Shown: in pieces, positions 48,777 to 59,900 of the stretch
How the letters are laid out: the number at the start of each line of letters is the position of its first letter
Numbering within the stretch: the stretch's first letter is position 1
DNA from: Candidatus Latescibacterota bacterium
GTDB lineage: Bacteria; Latescibacterota; UBA2968; UBA8231
Length of the DNA: 64,000 bases
Reading direction: 5' to 3'
NCBI GenBank assembly: GCA_965215195.1
Contig: CBDCDC010000002.1
Span: 1,696,001 to 1,760,000, forward strand
Notes under the pieces: model-generated
Seen by the model: only the letters and a program-made list of their open reading frames with translations
Told to the model about the DNA's origin: nothing
Databases searched by the model: none
Translations under genes and position numbers: made by a program

Positions 48777-49957
48777 TATATCTCGCCTGGACGATAGTCC
48801 GGCGGCCGCGTTTTCCGCTCGCTGAGCCACAGCGCCCGTCCAATCCGCGCTTGGACGTATTGATAGTCATAGCTCGCGTCCGGCGCGGAGATGTTGCCCT
48901 GCGACGGGTATTGGGCAATCGCCTCCTCGACGAGGTCCACGCCCAGCCCGGGCGCATCCGGCACCGCGATATGGCTATCGACGACCTCGGGCTGGCCGGT
49001 CATCACCTCGTAGCGCTGCGGCACATCGTCGGCTAGATGCTCCAAGATCAGGAAGTTGGGCAGCGTGGCCATTAGGTGTACGGCCGCCATTTCGGCCACC
49101 GGCCCCAACGAGCCATCGTGCGGGGCTATTGTGCAGTAGTGGGCCTCGGCCATAGCGGCGATCTTCTTCATCTGCCACAGGCCCCCAGCGCGGCCCGTAT
49201 CCGGCTGTACCACGTCGATGATTTCGCGCTCAATTAGCTCCTTTACCCCCCAAATGGTGGCGTGGCGCTCGCCCGCGGCAATGGGAATGGCCACTGCGTC
49301 GGCAACCCGCGCGAGGGCGTCGATGTTTTCAGGGGCTACTGGATCTTCGTAAAACAGCAGGTCGTAGTCTTCGAGCGCGTGGCCCAAGGCAATGGCGTCG
49401 CGCGTCGTCAGCCAAGGCGGCCCGTGGACGTCGACCATGAGATCCACCTCGTCGCCGACCTCCTTGCGAATGGCGGCGACCGTTTCGACGCAGTTTTTAA
49501 TTCCCCCGGTCTTTAGCGCCGTATAGCCTTGATCGACCAAGGAGCGCGCCCGCTCTTTCTCGTGCGCGTGGGCATAGACCCGCACCCGGTCGCGCATCTT
49601 GCCGCCCAAGAGGTTCCACACCGGCTGCCCGAGGGCCTTGCCCTTGATGTCCCACAGGGCCATCTCAATGCCGGTCATGGCACCAGAGCCGACGATGCCG
49701 GTCATGCCGTGGCCCATCATCGCCACCTGCATCTTGCCCCACAGCCGCTCAATGTGGAACGGATCCTCGCCGATCATCAAAGGCGTCAGGTCGTGGATGG
49801 CCGTTTCGACCACGCGCGGCCAGCCCGAAGCCTCGCCCACGCCGTAGATGCCGGCGTCGGTCTCGACCTTGACGAAGAGCCAGTTGCGCGCCGACCAACC
49901 GCTCGCCTGTGGAGGCGCGCACTGCATTAAATAGGTCTTGATCTGGGTAATTTTCAT
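48773..49957 (-). CDS. Mandelate racemase/muconate lactonizing enzyme family (galactonate dehydratase-like)
   Basis: EMALWDIKGK, LLGG..RDRVRVY, MVDVHG, YEDP, AGER, QPD, APH. Confidence 0.88.
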   Translation of the reverse strand: MKITQIKTYLMQCAPPQASGWSARNWLFVKVETDAGIYGVGEASGWPRVVETAIHDLTPLMIGEDPFHIERLWGKMQVAMMGHGMTGIVGSGAMTGIEMALWDIKGKALGQPVWNLLGGKMRDRVRVYAHAHEKERARSLVDQGYTALKTGGIKNCVETVAAIRKEVGDEVDLMVDVHGPPWLTTRDAIALGHALEDYDLLFYEDPVAPENIDALARVADAVAIPIAAGERHATIWGVKELIEREIIDVVQPDTGRAGGLWQMKKIAAMAEAHYCTIAPHDGSLGPVAEMAAVHLMATLPNFLILEHLADDVPQRYEVMTGQPEVVDSHIAVPDAPGLGVDLVEEAIAQYPSQGNISAPDASYDYQYVQARIGRALWLSERKTRPPDYRPGEIY

Positions 49958-50039
49958 AGCGATCTCCCCGCGTTGCAATGGAGCGACAAGTATAAGCCAC
50001 AGCGCGAAATCAATCCATTGCCGGCACCCAGTGCGCAGA

Positions 50040-50068
50040 TTGACAGGTATATTTTCAATACTTAGCTT
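50040..50068 (+). promoter_or_regulatory. Sigma70-type promoter
   Basis: TTGACA-N17-TAGCTT in an AT-rich intergenic region. Confidence 0.65.
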
Positions 50069-50117
50069 CTAAATTTTCTATTTATTTGGCGATTTAATTC
50101 TGACAGATGTCTTTCTC

Positions 50118-51086
50118 ATGGATCCCTGCATAGGTCTGATCGATCAAGAACTGACCCGGTTTGAAAAGCGGCTCAACGCCGAGCTCAACGCCGATGTCGA
50201 GCTGGTCCACGTCATTGCTCGCTACATGGCCACGCTCAAGGGCAAGCGCCTCCGGCCGGCCCTCATCTTGCTCGTGGCCAAAGCGTCTGGCGACTGGAAC
50301 GAACAGCTAATTGACGCGGCCGTGGCTGTCGAAATGATTCACGCCGCCACCATGGCCCACGACGACGTAGTGGACTCCGCGACCGTGCGCCGGGGCCGCG
50401 AGACGGTCAACGAGCGCTGGAGCGGGCAGATCGCCGTCCTCATGGGCGACTTTCTCCTCGCACGTGCCCTGCGCCTGCTGATCGGGGTCGGCAATCTGCA
50501 AGTCCTGAGCGTGGTCGCGTACGCCACCGAGCGGCTGAGCATGGGCGAAATTTTTGAAATCCAGATCGGCACTCAGTGCGATACGCGCGAAGAGTCGTAT
50601 TTCGCCATGGTCAGCGACAAGACAGCTTCCCTGATCTCGGCTGCAGCGCGGATTGGCGCGATTCTCTCCGGCGCATCGGACGAGATCGTGCAATCCATGG
50701 GGCGCTACGGAGAATCGCTCGGCCGCGCCTTCCAAGTCGCCGACGACATCCTCGACCTCACCAGCGATCAGGCGACCATGGGCAAGCCCGTCGGGCACGA
50801 CCTGCGCGAAGGCAAAATTACCTTGCCGTTGATACGCGCCTTACAGCAAGCCCCCTCGGGAGCGCGGGCCGAGATGGAGGCCTTTTTGGCCCGGCCGGAC
50901 AAGGACGAAGCCGAATGGGGGCAGATCGTGGCCTTTGTCGATAAGCACCAAGGAGTCGCCGCGGCCGCCGAGACCGCGCACGAATGTGCCGCCCACGCTC
51001 AGGAGTGCCTCGCGGTGCTGGCCCCTTCCCCGGCCCGCGCCGCGCTAGAACGAGCCGTGCAGCTCGTCGTCGAGCGCAACAATTGA
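50118..51086 (+). CDS. Polyprenyl diphosphate synthase (IspB/HepT-like)
   Basis: GKRLRP, HDDVVD..RRG (FARM), FQVADDILD (SARM), GKPVGHDLREGKITLP. Confidence 0.93.
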   Translation: MDPCIGLIDQELTRFEKRLNAELNADVELVHVIARYMATLKGKRLRPALILLVAKASGDWNEQLIDAAVAVEMIHAATMAHDDVVDSATVRRGRETVNERWSGQIAVLMGDFLLARALRLLIGVGNLQVLSVVAYATERLSMGEIFEIQIGTQCDTREESYFAMVSDKTASLISAAARIGAILSGASDEIVQSMGRYGESLGRAFQVADDILDLTSDQATMGKPVGHDLREGKITLPLIRALQQAPSGARAEMEAFLARPDKDEAEWGQIVAFVDKHQGVAAAAETAHECAAHAQECLAVLAPSPARAALERAVQLVVERNN

Positions 51087-51098
51087 CGCGACCAGTCC

Positions 51099-52136
51099 AT
51101 GCTCAAGCGCTGTCTGCTGGCCGTAGGCGGTTTGGCCGTGGTCCTGTACTTTCTGCCGTCGCCCCGGCCCGCCGCGCCGGTGCGCGCAGACCGCCTCTTG
51201 TTGGGAACCCTCGTCACGGTCAAACTCTACGGAGACGAAGCAGTGGTTCGCCCGCACGTAGAAGCGGCGTACGCGGAAATCGCCCGCGTCGATTCGGGGA
51301 TGAGCCACTACCGCGAGGGCGGCGCACTGCGGCGACTGGAGCAACGGGCGCGTCTCGCTCCAACGCACGGCCCGGCCGGGCTGATTGCGGTCTTGACGCG
51401 CAGCCAGCATTTTGCCGCGTTGACCGATGGAGCGTTTGACTGCACGGTGGGGGCGTTGACGAGTCTGTGGGACTTCCCCGACGCGGTAGCACCGCCTGCC
51501 CCGGCACAGATTGATTCAGCGCGGGCGCTGGTGGGCTACGAAGGGCTGGAAGTGGCGGCCCAGTCGTTGCGGATCAACAGGCCGGGGCTGCGCTTGGATC
51601 TGGGAGCGGCGGCCAAAGGCTACGCAGTTGACCAAGCCGTAGCGGCCCTGCAGGAGTTGGAAGTGGCGGCCGGGATGATCGAGGCCGGGGGCGACATTCG
51701 CTATTGGGGCGAAAAGCCGGACGGACGGCCTTGGCTCTTTGGAGTTCAGCACCCGCGTGCGCCAGAGCAATACATAGCAGTAGAGGACCTCGGGCTCGCG
51801 GCGATCGCGACCTCTGGTGACTACGAGCAGTACTTTGATTGGGAAGGCGAGCGCTATCACCACTTGCTCGACCCCAAGACCGGCTATCCAGCGCGGGCAT
51901 GCATAAGCGCCACCGTGTGGGCCGCGACCGCTCTGGACGCCGACATCCTATCGACTGCGGTCTTCGTCTTAGGGCCTGAGCAAGGGCTCGCGCTCGTCGA
52001 GGGCCTAACGGACGTCGAGGGCTTCATTTTCTTTGCGCGAGACGGGCAGCTCATGCACCGGGCGTCAACCGGGCTGAGCGGCCGCTTTCGCTTTTGCAAT
52101 AGCAGCAAACTTTCGCCGGGCTGCGCTCGGCAATAG
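51099..52136 (+). CDS. apbE: FAD:protein FMN transferase ApbE
   Basis: GAFDCTVG, LDLGAAAKGYAVD, AGGDI, ATSGDYE, HHLLDPKTG. Confidence 0.93.
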   Translation: MLKRCLLAVGGLAVVLYFLPSPRPAAPVRADRLLLGTLVTVKLYGDEAVVRPHVEAAYAEIARVDSGMSHYREGGALRRLEQRARLAPTHGPAGLIAVLTRSQHFAALTDGAFDCTVGALTSLWDFPDAVAPPAPAQIDSARALVGYEGLEVAAQSLRINRPGLRLDLGAAAKGYAVDQAVAALQELEVAAGMIEAGGDIRYWGEKPDGRPWLFGVQHPRAPEQYIAVEDLGLAAIATSGDYEQYFDWEGERYHHLLDPKTGYPARACISATVWAATALDADILSTAVFVLGPEQGLALVEGLTDVEGFIFFARDGQLMHRASTGLSGRFRFCNSSKLSPGCARQ

Positions 52137-52154
52137 CGGAGTAAAGACAACTTT

Positions 52155-54677
52155 ATGAAACGCAACCGGAAACTCGTGCTGATCTTGGCACTGATCGCCG
52201 CGGCCGTGTACTACCTGCTGCCGAGCGTGGAATTTTACAGTATGACGGACGACGAGCGCGAGGACCTAGAGCTGAAGGCCCCCGAGCAGCTCGTCGATCT
52301 GAAAAAGCGCTCGCTCAATTTGGGACTGGACTTGCAGGGCGGCATCCACCTCGTCCTAGAGGTCAAGACCGAGGGGATGGAGCAGCAGGAAGCCCAAGAT
52401 GCGGTCGCCCAAGCACAGGAAGTCATTCGCAACCGCGTCGATCAGTTCGGGGTGGCCGAGCCGACCATTCAGCGCCAAGGCGACAACCGCATCATCATTG
52501 AGTTGCCCGGCGTACAGGACGTGCAGCGCGCCAAAGATCTAGTGGGCCAGACCGCGCTCCTCGAATTCCAGCTCCTCGAACCCGCGGAGGATCGCACTCG
52601 CCTGATCCAGCGCATCGACCAAGTGCTAGCCCCGCCAGAAGAAGGCGAAGAAGAGGAAGAAGACCTCCTCCTTGCCTCCACAGCAGAAAGTGCCCCCCTC
52701 TCCTCCATGCTCAGCCTCGCCGGCGAAGACCTCACAGTCTCGGGCCGCCACTTGCAGCGCGTCAAGAGTTTGCTCAACGCCCCAGAGGCCCAAGAGCTCA
52801 TCCCGGCAGACGTGGAATTTCTCTTTTCGAGCAAGCCCGCTGGGGCCGAGGGCAATGAGTTCTACTTCCTCTACTTGGTGCGCAAGAAGCCGGAGATGAC
52901 CGGGCACATGATTCAGGACGCCTTTGTCTCCATTGGCCAAGTAGTAGAGTACATGGGCCAGCCCATCGTCAATTTCTCGACCACCGACGAAGGGGTGCGG
53001 CTCTTCAGCCGCATCACCGGCTCGCACATCGGCGAGCGCATGGCCATCGTCCTCGACGAATCGGTGTACTCGGCCCCGGTCATCCAGAACAAAATCAGCG
53101 AGGGTCGCGGCATCATCACCGGCAGCGGCACCCAAGAAGAGGCCAAAGACCTCGCCATCGTGCTGCGAGCCGGCGCGCTACCGGCCGAGGTCGAGATCAT
53201 CGAAGACCGCACGGTCGGTCCCTCGCTGGGGCGCGACTCCATCGAGCAAGGCAAGACAGCAGCGATCTACAGCATGGTGCTGATAGCGATCTTCATGGTC
53301 CTCTACTATCGAACGGCCGGGCTGATCGCCGACTGCGCCCTCCTGCTCAACATGCTCTTCATCATGGCGGTACTGGCCGGTTTTCACGCCACCTTGACTT
53401 TGCCCGGCATCGCCGGCATCATCCTGACTATTGGCATGGCCGTTGACGCCAATGTGCTGATCTTCGAGCGCATCCGCGAAGAGCTGCGCTCGGGCAAAAC
53501 CGTCCGCGCAGCCATAGATTCCGGCTATGGCCACGCGCTCTCGGCCATCATCGACGCCAATGTGACCACGTTCCTAGTCGGCATCGTGCTCTATCAGTTC
53601 GGCACCGGGCCGATCCGCGGCTTTGCCTTGACCCTGTGCATCGGCATCATCTCCAGCCTCTTTACGGCCTTCTTTGTGACCCGCACAATTTTCGATCTGA
53701 TCACCCGCAAGTCGCAGCAATCGACCTTGAGCATCGGGCCCGTTGCGCTCTTCGCCAACCTGAACATCCGCTTCCTCTCGTTGCGCAACATTGGTTTCGG
53801 CACCTCGGCGGCCGTGCTGCTCCTCGGCATGATCTCCATTTTGGGCATCAACGGCATCCGGCCGGGCATTGACTTTGCCGGCGGTACCTTGCTGGAGTTG
53901 CACTTTGATCCAGCCGTACAAGTCGAGGATATCCGCGGCCAACTCGGCCGCGTCCCGGTAGGCGATGCCGAGATCGACCTGAGCAAGAGCGAGATCAAGC
54001 AGTTCGGCTCGGAAAACGACATCCTCATCCGCGTCACCGAAAGCGGGGAAGGCACCGAGGTAGCCGACGGCATTATGGGGGTTCTCAAGGCCGGATTTGC
54101 CGACAACATCGCGGCGCTGGAGTGGATCCGACGGCAAGAAAAGGTCGGCCCCAAAATCGGCAGCGAACTGAGCAGCGCGGCCGTGCGGGCGGTGTTGGTG
54201 GCACTGGGGCTGATTCTGATCTACATGGCTTGGCGCTTCCACCGCTTCCTCTACGGCATCGCCGCGGTCGTCGCGCTCTTCCACGACGTGCTCATCACCC
54301 TCGGGCTGCTCTCGCTCTTCGACATTGAGATTACCCTCGCGGTGGTCGCCGCTCTGCTGGCCATTGTCGGCTACTCGCTCAACGACACGATCGTGGTCTT
54401 CGACCGCATCCGCGAAAACCTGCACACAGCCCGCCGACAGGGCTTTGACGGCACGGTAAATCAGAGCATCAACGAGTGCCTGAGCCGCACGCTGATCACC
54501 TCGGCGACGACCCTCTTGGCCGTGCTAGTGCTGATGCTCTTTGGCGGCGAGGTCAACCGCGACTTCACCATCACCTTGATGATCGGCGTCGTGGTCGGCA
54601 CTTATTCGTCTGTATTCGTCGCCAGCCCGGTGCTCTACCTAGGCCAACAGCGGGCCGCAGCCAAAAGGGCCAACTGA
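52155..54677 (+). CDS. secDF: Fused protein translocase subunit SecDF
   Basis: LGLDLQGG, VGPSLG, GMAVDANVLIFERIREE, GIDFAGG, GYSLNDTIVVFDRIREN. Confidence 0.96.
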   Translation: MKRNRKLVLILALIAAAVYYLLPSVEFYSMTDDEREDLELKAPEQLVDLKKRSLNLGLDLQGGIHLVLEVKTEGMEQQEAQDAVAQAQEVIRNRVDQFGVAEPTIQRQGDNRIIIELPGVQDVQRAKDLVGQTALLEFQLLEPAEDRTRLIQRIDQVLAPPEEGEEEEEDLLLASTAESAPLSSMLSLAGEDLTVSGRHLQRVKSLLNAPEAQELIPADVEFLFSSKPAGAEGNEFYFLYLVRKKPEMTGHMIQDAFVSIGQVVEYMGQPIVNFSTTDEGVRLFSRITGSHIGERMAIVLDESVYSAPVIQNKISEGRGIITGSGTQEEAKDLAIVLRAGALPAEVEIIEDRTVGPSLGRDSIEQGKTAAIYSMVLIAIFMVLYYRTAGLIADCALLLNMLFIMAVLAGFHATLTLPGIAGIILTIGMAVDANVLIFERIREELRSGKTVRAAIDSGYGHALSAIIDANVTTFLVGIVLYQFGTGPIRGFALTLCIGIISSLFTAFFVTRTIFDLITRKSQQSTLSIGPVALFANLNIRFLSLRNIGFGTSAAVLLLGMISILGINGIRPGIDFAGGTLLELHFDPAVQVEDIRGQLGRVPVGDAEIDLSKSEIKQFGSENDILIRVTESGEGTEVADGIMGVLKAGFADNIAALEWIRRQEKVGPKIGSELSSAAVRAVLVALGLILIYMAWRFHRFLYGIAAVVALFHDVLITLGLLSLFDIEITLAVVAALLAIVGYSLNDTIVVFDRIRENLHTARRQGFDGTVNQSINECLSRTLITSATTLLAVLVLMLFGGEVNRDFTITLMIGVVVGTYSSVFVASPVLYLGQQRAAAKRAN

Positions 54678-54711
54678 AGCGGGCCGCTTGCGGGCGGGGC
54701 CGCTTCTCGCC

Positions 54712-55923
54712 GTGAAAACGATAGTAGTAGCTACCTTTGTCCTGCTCTTGACCTACTACGGGCCGCCGCAGGATCGCCCCAGCCCCTTTGACGCCGCGTG
54801 GATGCTGGGTGCTCTGGCCCTCGTGGCCGCGGCTGGAGGCCAACTGGCGCAGGCGATTCGCCTGCCGACACTGGTGGGGTGGATCGGGGCCGGGATGCTG
54901 CTGGGCACTGGCGGCTTACAACTCGTCGATCTAGACGCGTTCTCCCTGTACAAAATGCTCTTCCTCGCGGCCGGCCTCGGGGTCGGATTCCAAGTGGGAC
55001 TGCACGTGGTATGGCCAACGCACGTCTGGCGCACACTTGGGTTGGTAGCGGTGGCGACCGCGCTGATCTTTGCCGCCGTGGCAGCGACCACCGCATTGCT
55101 CGGGTTGCCTTGGCAGCAGGCCGTACTCCTCGGTGCCTTGGCTAGCTTGTGGGGCCCCTTCACCGCCGCGCCGGAATTTGGCCGGCGCGGCGCATTGGTG
55201 CTGGCCGTGCTGGGGACGGGCTGCGCCCTTGTGGCGTTGGGGGGCGCACTGGTCTGGCTAGAGACCGGGGCCGCGGGATGGGTCGGGCGCGTCGGCCTGT
55301 CGCTTGTGGTCGGCGGCGGGCTGGGATTAGGGCTGCGTCTTTTAGGGCGGTTCGCCACCCCAGGCGCGACCATAATCTCCAGCCTAGTGGGGGCTTTTTT
55401 TTTAGCAGCTCTCGCGTTGGAAGCCCTCGAGCTGATGGCACTGCCCTGCGGGCTGATGGCGGGACTGTTACAGGACAAGCAGCACAGCCGCCGCGTGCGA
55501 TTGCTGCTGCACCGGGGGGCACCGGTGGCCTTCATACTCTTTTTTGCTCTCGTGGGGACCGCGCTCGACCTCGGCGCACTATGGCCGCCCGCAGCCGGGC
55601 TGTACGAGGCCGCGCTCGTGCTGGTGACTGTGCCGCTGCTTTTGCGAGGGCTGGTGCCCATGGCGTACTACCCGCTGCCCGGTCCCTACCGAGGGCGGCG
55701 CATTGGCTGGCGGCTCTTGCCGCGCGGTGCGTTGCTGTTCGAGTTGTTCTGCGGCCCGCACGGGCTGGCACCCTACGTAGGGGCCGAGGGCCTGTTGGCG
55801 CAGGCCGTGCTCTTGGACATTTTCGTTTCAGCTCTGCTCTTCTCCGCCTTGGCAGCACTCGTAGATGCGAGCCTTTTCGCTGCGGAAAAGGCCCCGCCCT
55901 CAGAAAGCGGCGCAAAGGCCTAA
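54712..55923 (+). CDS. Multi-pass membrane protein, cation:proton antiporter-like
   Basis: About 12 hydrophobic segments; RLPTLVGWIGAGMLLG, FFALVG, LLPRG. Confidence 0.6.
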   Translation: MKTIVVATFVLLLTYYGPPQDRPSPFDAAWMLGALALVAAAGGQLAQAIRLPTLVGWIGAGMLLGTGGLQLVDLDAFSLYKMLFLAAGLGVGFQVGLHVVWPTHVWRTLGLVAVATALIFAAVAATTALLGLPWQQAVLLGALASLWGPFTAAPEFGRRGALVLAVLGTGCALVALGGALVWLETGAAGWVGRVGLSLVVGGGLGLGLRLLGRFATPGATIISSLVGAFFLAALALEALELMALPCGLMAGLLQDKQHSRRVRLLLHRGAPVAFILFFALVGTALDLGALWPPAAGLYEAALVLVTVPLLLRGLVPMAYYPLPGPYRGRRIGWRLLPRGALLFELFCGPHGLAPYVGAEGLLAQAVLLDIFVSALLFSALAALVDASLFAAEKAPPSESGAKA

Positions 55924-55986
55924 GTCGGCCGCTGCTCGTTTGTGTCCAACTGGGCTGATTTGTATCTTTAACGGCTTAACGTTTGC

Positions 55987-56679
55987 ATGGACCACATCCG
56001 CGACAACTGGGAATTGCTGCGCGGCCGCATCGAGCGGGCGGCCGAGCGCAGCGGGCGCACCGCGAGCGCGATTGAGGTCGTCGCCATCAGCAAAACGCGC
56101 AGCGTACGCGAAATCGAGGCGGCTTACGCCTGCGGCTTGCGCCTCGTCGGCGAAAACCGCGTCCAAGAAGCAGCGGCCAAGCGCCCGCAGGTCGCCGCAC
56201 CCCTTGCTTGGCACTTCGTCGGCCACTTGCAGACGAATAAAGCCGGGCGGGCCGTCGAGCTTTTCGACCTCGTGCAGTCGGTCGATTCCGCGCGGCTAGC
56301 GGAGGCACTCAATCGCCGAGCTGGACAGACCGACCGCACCATCGAGGTGCTCTTGCAGGTAAACACGTCCGGCAGCCTGAGCCAAGCCGGCGTGGCACCC
56401 GACCAGCTCGTCCATCTAGTCGCAGCCCTCGCACCGCTACCGCACTTGCGGATCCGCGGCCTGATGACCATTGCCGCTCACAGCGAGGACGAGGCCACAG
56501 TCCGCGGCTGCTTTCGGACCTTGCGCGAGCTCGGCGAAAAAATCGCCGAGTGCGATTTTGCGGGCGCATCCATGGACTACCTATCCATGGGCATGAGCGG
56601 CGACTTTGAACTCGCCATAGCCGAAGGGGCCAATCTGTTGCGCCTCGGCACGGCGATCTTCGGCCCACGGCCGATCTGA
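55987..56679 (+). CDS. yggS: PLP homeostasis protein YggS
   Basis: VAISKT, GENRVQE, WHFVGHLQTNK, GLMT, SMGMSGDF, RLGTAIFG. Confidence 0.95.
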   Translation: MDHIRDNWELLRGRIERAAERSGRTASAIEVVAISKTRSVREIEAAYACGLRLVGENRVQEAAAKRPQVAAPLAWHFVGHLQTNKAGRAVELFDLVQSVDSARLAEALNRRAGQTDRTIEVLLQVNTSGSLSQAGVAPDQLVHLVAALAPLPHLRIRGLMTIAAHSEDEATVRGCFRTLRELGEKIAECDFAGASMDYLSMGMSGDFELAIAEGANLLRLGTAIFGPRPI

Positions 56680-56695
56680 TGCACAGGAGATAATC

Positions 56696-56989
56696 GTGTT
56701 CGATTACGGCGGTTTCTTTACAGACGTCAAGGGCCTCATCATCACCCTCATCCATATTTACATCTATATAATCGTCATCCGGGCGGTGATTTCGTGGTTC
56801 AACCCTAGCCCCCACAACCCGCTCGTCCAATTCCTGCGCGGCGTCACCGATCCGGCCCTCGATGCGGTGCGCTCCTTCTTGCCGAGGTTTTTTTGGTCAA
56901 CTGGAATAGACTTTACGCCGCTGATCTTAGTTGTACTGCTCTGGCTCGTCATCAGCTTTTTCCAAAACCTCCTACCCGCAGCCGAATGA
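56696..56989 (+). CDS. yggT: YggT family membrane protein
   Basis: RAVISWFNP..NPLVQFL..TDP, IDFTP; AGGAG RBS. Confidence 0.9.
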   Translation: MFDYGGFFTDVKGLIITLIHIYIYIIVIRAVISWFNPSPHNPLVQFLRGVTDPALDAVRSFLPRFFWSTGIDFTPLILVVLLWLVISFFQNLLPAAE

Positions 56990-59900
56990 ACATGACACCC
57001 CAAACCCCTTTTGCCCCGGTCCCGTCCCAAGTCGATTTTCCCGCTCAGGAGCGCTGCATCCTCGAGTTCTGGCGCACCGGCGACCTGTATCGCAAATCCG
57101 TCGATGCTCGCTCGGTCGAGCGCCCCTTTCGGTTCTACGACGGGCCGCCCTTTGCGACTGGACTGCCCCACTACGGACACCTGCTGGCGTCCATCACCAA
57201 AGACGTGGTGCCCCGCTACTGGACGATGCGCGGCTTTCGGGTCGAGCGCCGCTGGGGCTGGGACTGCCACGGCCTGCCCGTCGAGAACGAAGCCGAGCAA
57301 CAGCTCGGGCTCCGGTCGCGGCGCGACATTCTCGCCTACGGCGTGGCCCAGTTCAACGAGGCTTGCCGAGACTTGGTCCTGCGCTACACGGCCGAGTGGC
57401 AGCGGCTGATCGAGCGACTGGGGCGTTGGGTTGACTGGGACAACCAGTACCGGACGATGGACCCCGATTTCATGGAGTCCGTGTGGTGGGTGTTCAAGTC
57501 GCTGTGGGACAAGGGCCTCGTCTATGAGGGCTACAAGTCCCTCGCCTACTGTCCCCGCTGCGCGACGCCGCTGTCGAACTTCGAGGTCAACCAAGGCTAC
57601 CAAGACACTCAGGACCCGTCGATTACGGTGCGATTCCGCGTCGTCGGCCAGCCGCGCCTGTCCCTGCTCGCTTGGACCACGACCCCATGGACCCTGCCCG
57701 CCAACATGGGCTTGGCCGTCGGCCGCGACATTGACTACGTGCGCGTCACCACCCGCGACGGGGAGCAGTTGATCCTCGCCGCTTCTCTCGTCGAAAGCCT
57801 CTTCCTCCGGCGCGACAGCGAAATCGCCGAGGTAGCGCCGGTTGCCGTCGAAGACCTCGTCGGGCTGCGCTACGAGCCCCTGTTCTCCTACTTCGCCGAC
57901 CACGCCGAGGAGGGCGCTTTCCGCGTGGTGACGGCCGACTTTGTATCGACTGACGACGGCACCGGCATCGTCCACATTGCCCCGGGGTTTGGCGAGGACG
58001 ATTACCAACTCGGTCTGGCCGAGGGCTTGCCCGTAGTCTGCCCCATCGACGCCGATTGCTGCTTCACCGACGAGCTCCCGGACTTTGCGGGCACCTTCGT
58101 AAAGGACGCGGATACGCCCATCATCCGCCGCTTGCGCACCTCGGGTCAGCTATTCTCCGAAGGCTCCATCGAGCACGCGTACCCGTTCTGCTGGCGCTGC
58201 GACTCGCCCCTCATCTACCGCACGATCTCCACTTGGTTCGTGAAGATCGAAGGCGAAGTGAAGGAAAAGATGCTCGCCGCCAATCAGCAGATCTGGTGGA
58301 TTCCCGAGCACATCCGCAATGGCCGCTTCGGCAAGGGCGTTGAGTCGGCCCCGGACTGGGCCGTCAGCCGCAACCGCTACTGGGGAACGCCGCTGCCGAT
58401 TTGGCGCAACGAGGAGACGGGCGAAGCCGTGTGCGTCGGCAGCCGCGAGGAGTTGTGCGAACTCGCCGGACGCGACATCGACGACCTGCACAAGCACTTC
58501 ATCGACGACTTCGAGATTCCGGCGCCGTCCGGGAACGGCTCGCTGCGCCGCGTGCCCGAAGTCCTCGACTGCTGGTTCGAGTCCGGCTCCATGCCGTACG
58601 CGCAGAGCCACTATCCCTTCGGTCAGCGCGAGGACTTTGCAGCTTCTTTTCCGGCCGACTTCATCTCCGAAAACCTCGATCAGACTCGCGGATGGTTTTA
58701 CACCCTGACGATCTTGGCTGCGGCCCTGTTCGACAAGCCGGCCTTCCACAACTGCATCGTCGGCGGCATGTTGCTAGCCGCGGACGGACGCAAGCTGAGC
58801 AAGCGTTTGAAGAACTATCCCGATCCGGCTGAGATGCTCGACACCTACGGCGCCGACGCCCTGCGCCTCTATCTGCTCAACTCGCCGGCCATGAAGGCCG
58901 AGGAGATGCGCCTTACCCAAGAGGGCATCAAGCAGAGCCTGCGCGACGTCATCATCCCCTTGTGGAATGCCTATAGCTTCTTTGTCACTTACGCGACTAT
59001 TGATGGTTGGAGGCCAGACGCGGGCCGGGCGCAGACGCTCAACCACCGCCTTGACCGCTGGATTCTTTCGGAGCTACAGACCCTGCTCCGCGAGCTCAAC
59101 GCCGAAATGGAAGCCTACCGGCTCTATCGCACCGTGCCGGCGATGGTGGCCTTTATCGAGAAGCTGACCAACTGGTACATCCGCCGCAGCCGCCGCCGCT
59201 TCTGGAAGTCCGAAGACGATCAAGACAAGGAAGCGGCGTATGACACCCTCTATCGGGTGTTGGTGACCTTCATCAAAGCCCTAGCCCCGGTCTTGCCCTT
59301 TATCACCGAGATTATCTACCAGAACTTGGTGCGCCGCGTGGATGCCGAGGCCCCCGAAAGCGTCCATCTGTGCGACATGCCCCAAGCCGACGAGCACTTG
59401 CGCGACACCGCCTTAGAGCAGCAAATGGATCTGGCGACGCGAGCCGTAGTCTTGGGCCGCTCGCTGCGCAGCAAGCACCAGCTCAAGGTGCGCCAGCCGC
59501 TGCGCCACCTCTGGCTTTTGCCCCCCAATGGACACACTCATCACGGGCTGGCGCAGATGACCGACTTGCTAGCCGACGAGCTCAACGTCAAGGAGGTGGT
59601 GCTGGTGGAGGACGAGACCGAATTCAGCGAGGTCTCCTACCGGCCCGACTTCCGCGCCTTAGGGCCGCGCTTCGGCAAGCGGATGCCAGAAGTCGCCGCC
59701 CGCATCCAAGCCCTGACGTCCGCGGAGGTACACCTCCTCGAAAGCGGCGGCCAGCTCTCCGTGGCCGGCGGCGCGATCGGGCTGGCCGACATCGCCGTGC
59801 AGCGCCGGGAGAAAGAGGGCGTGGTGGCAGCCCTCGACAACAACCTCGGGGTGGGGCTGGACATCCAGCTCGACGACGAGTTGATCGCCGAGTGTACTGC

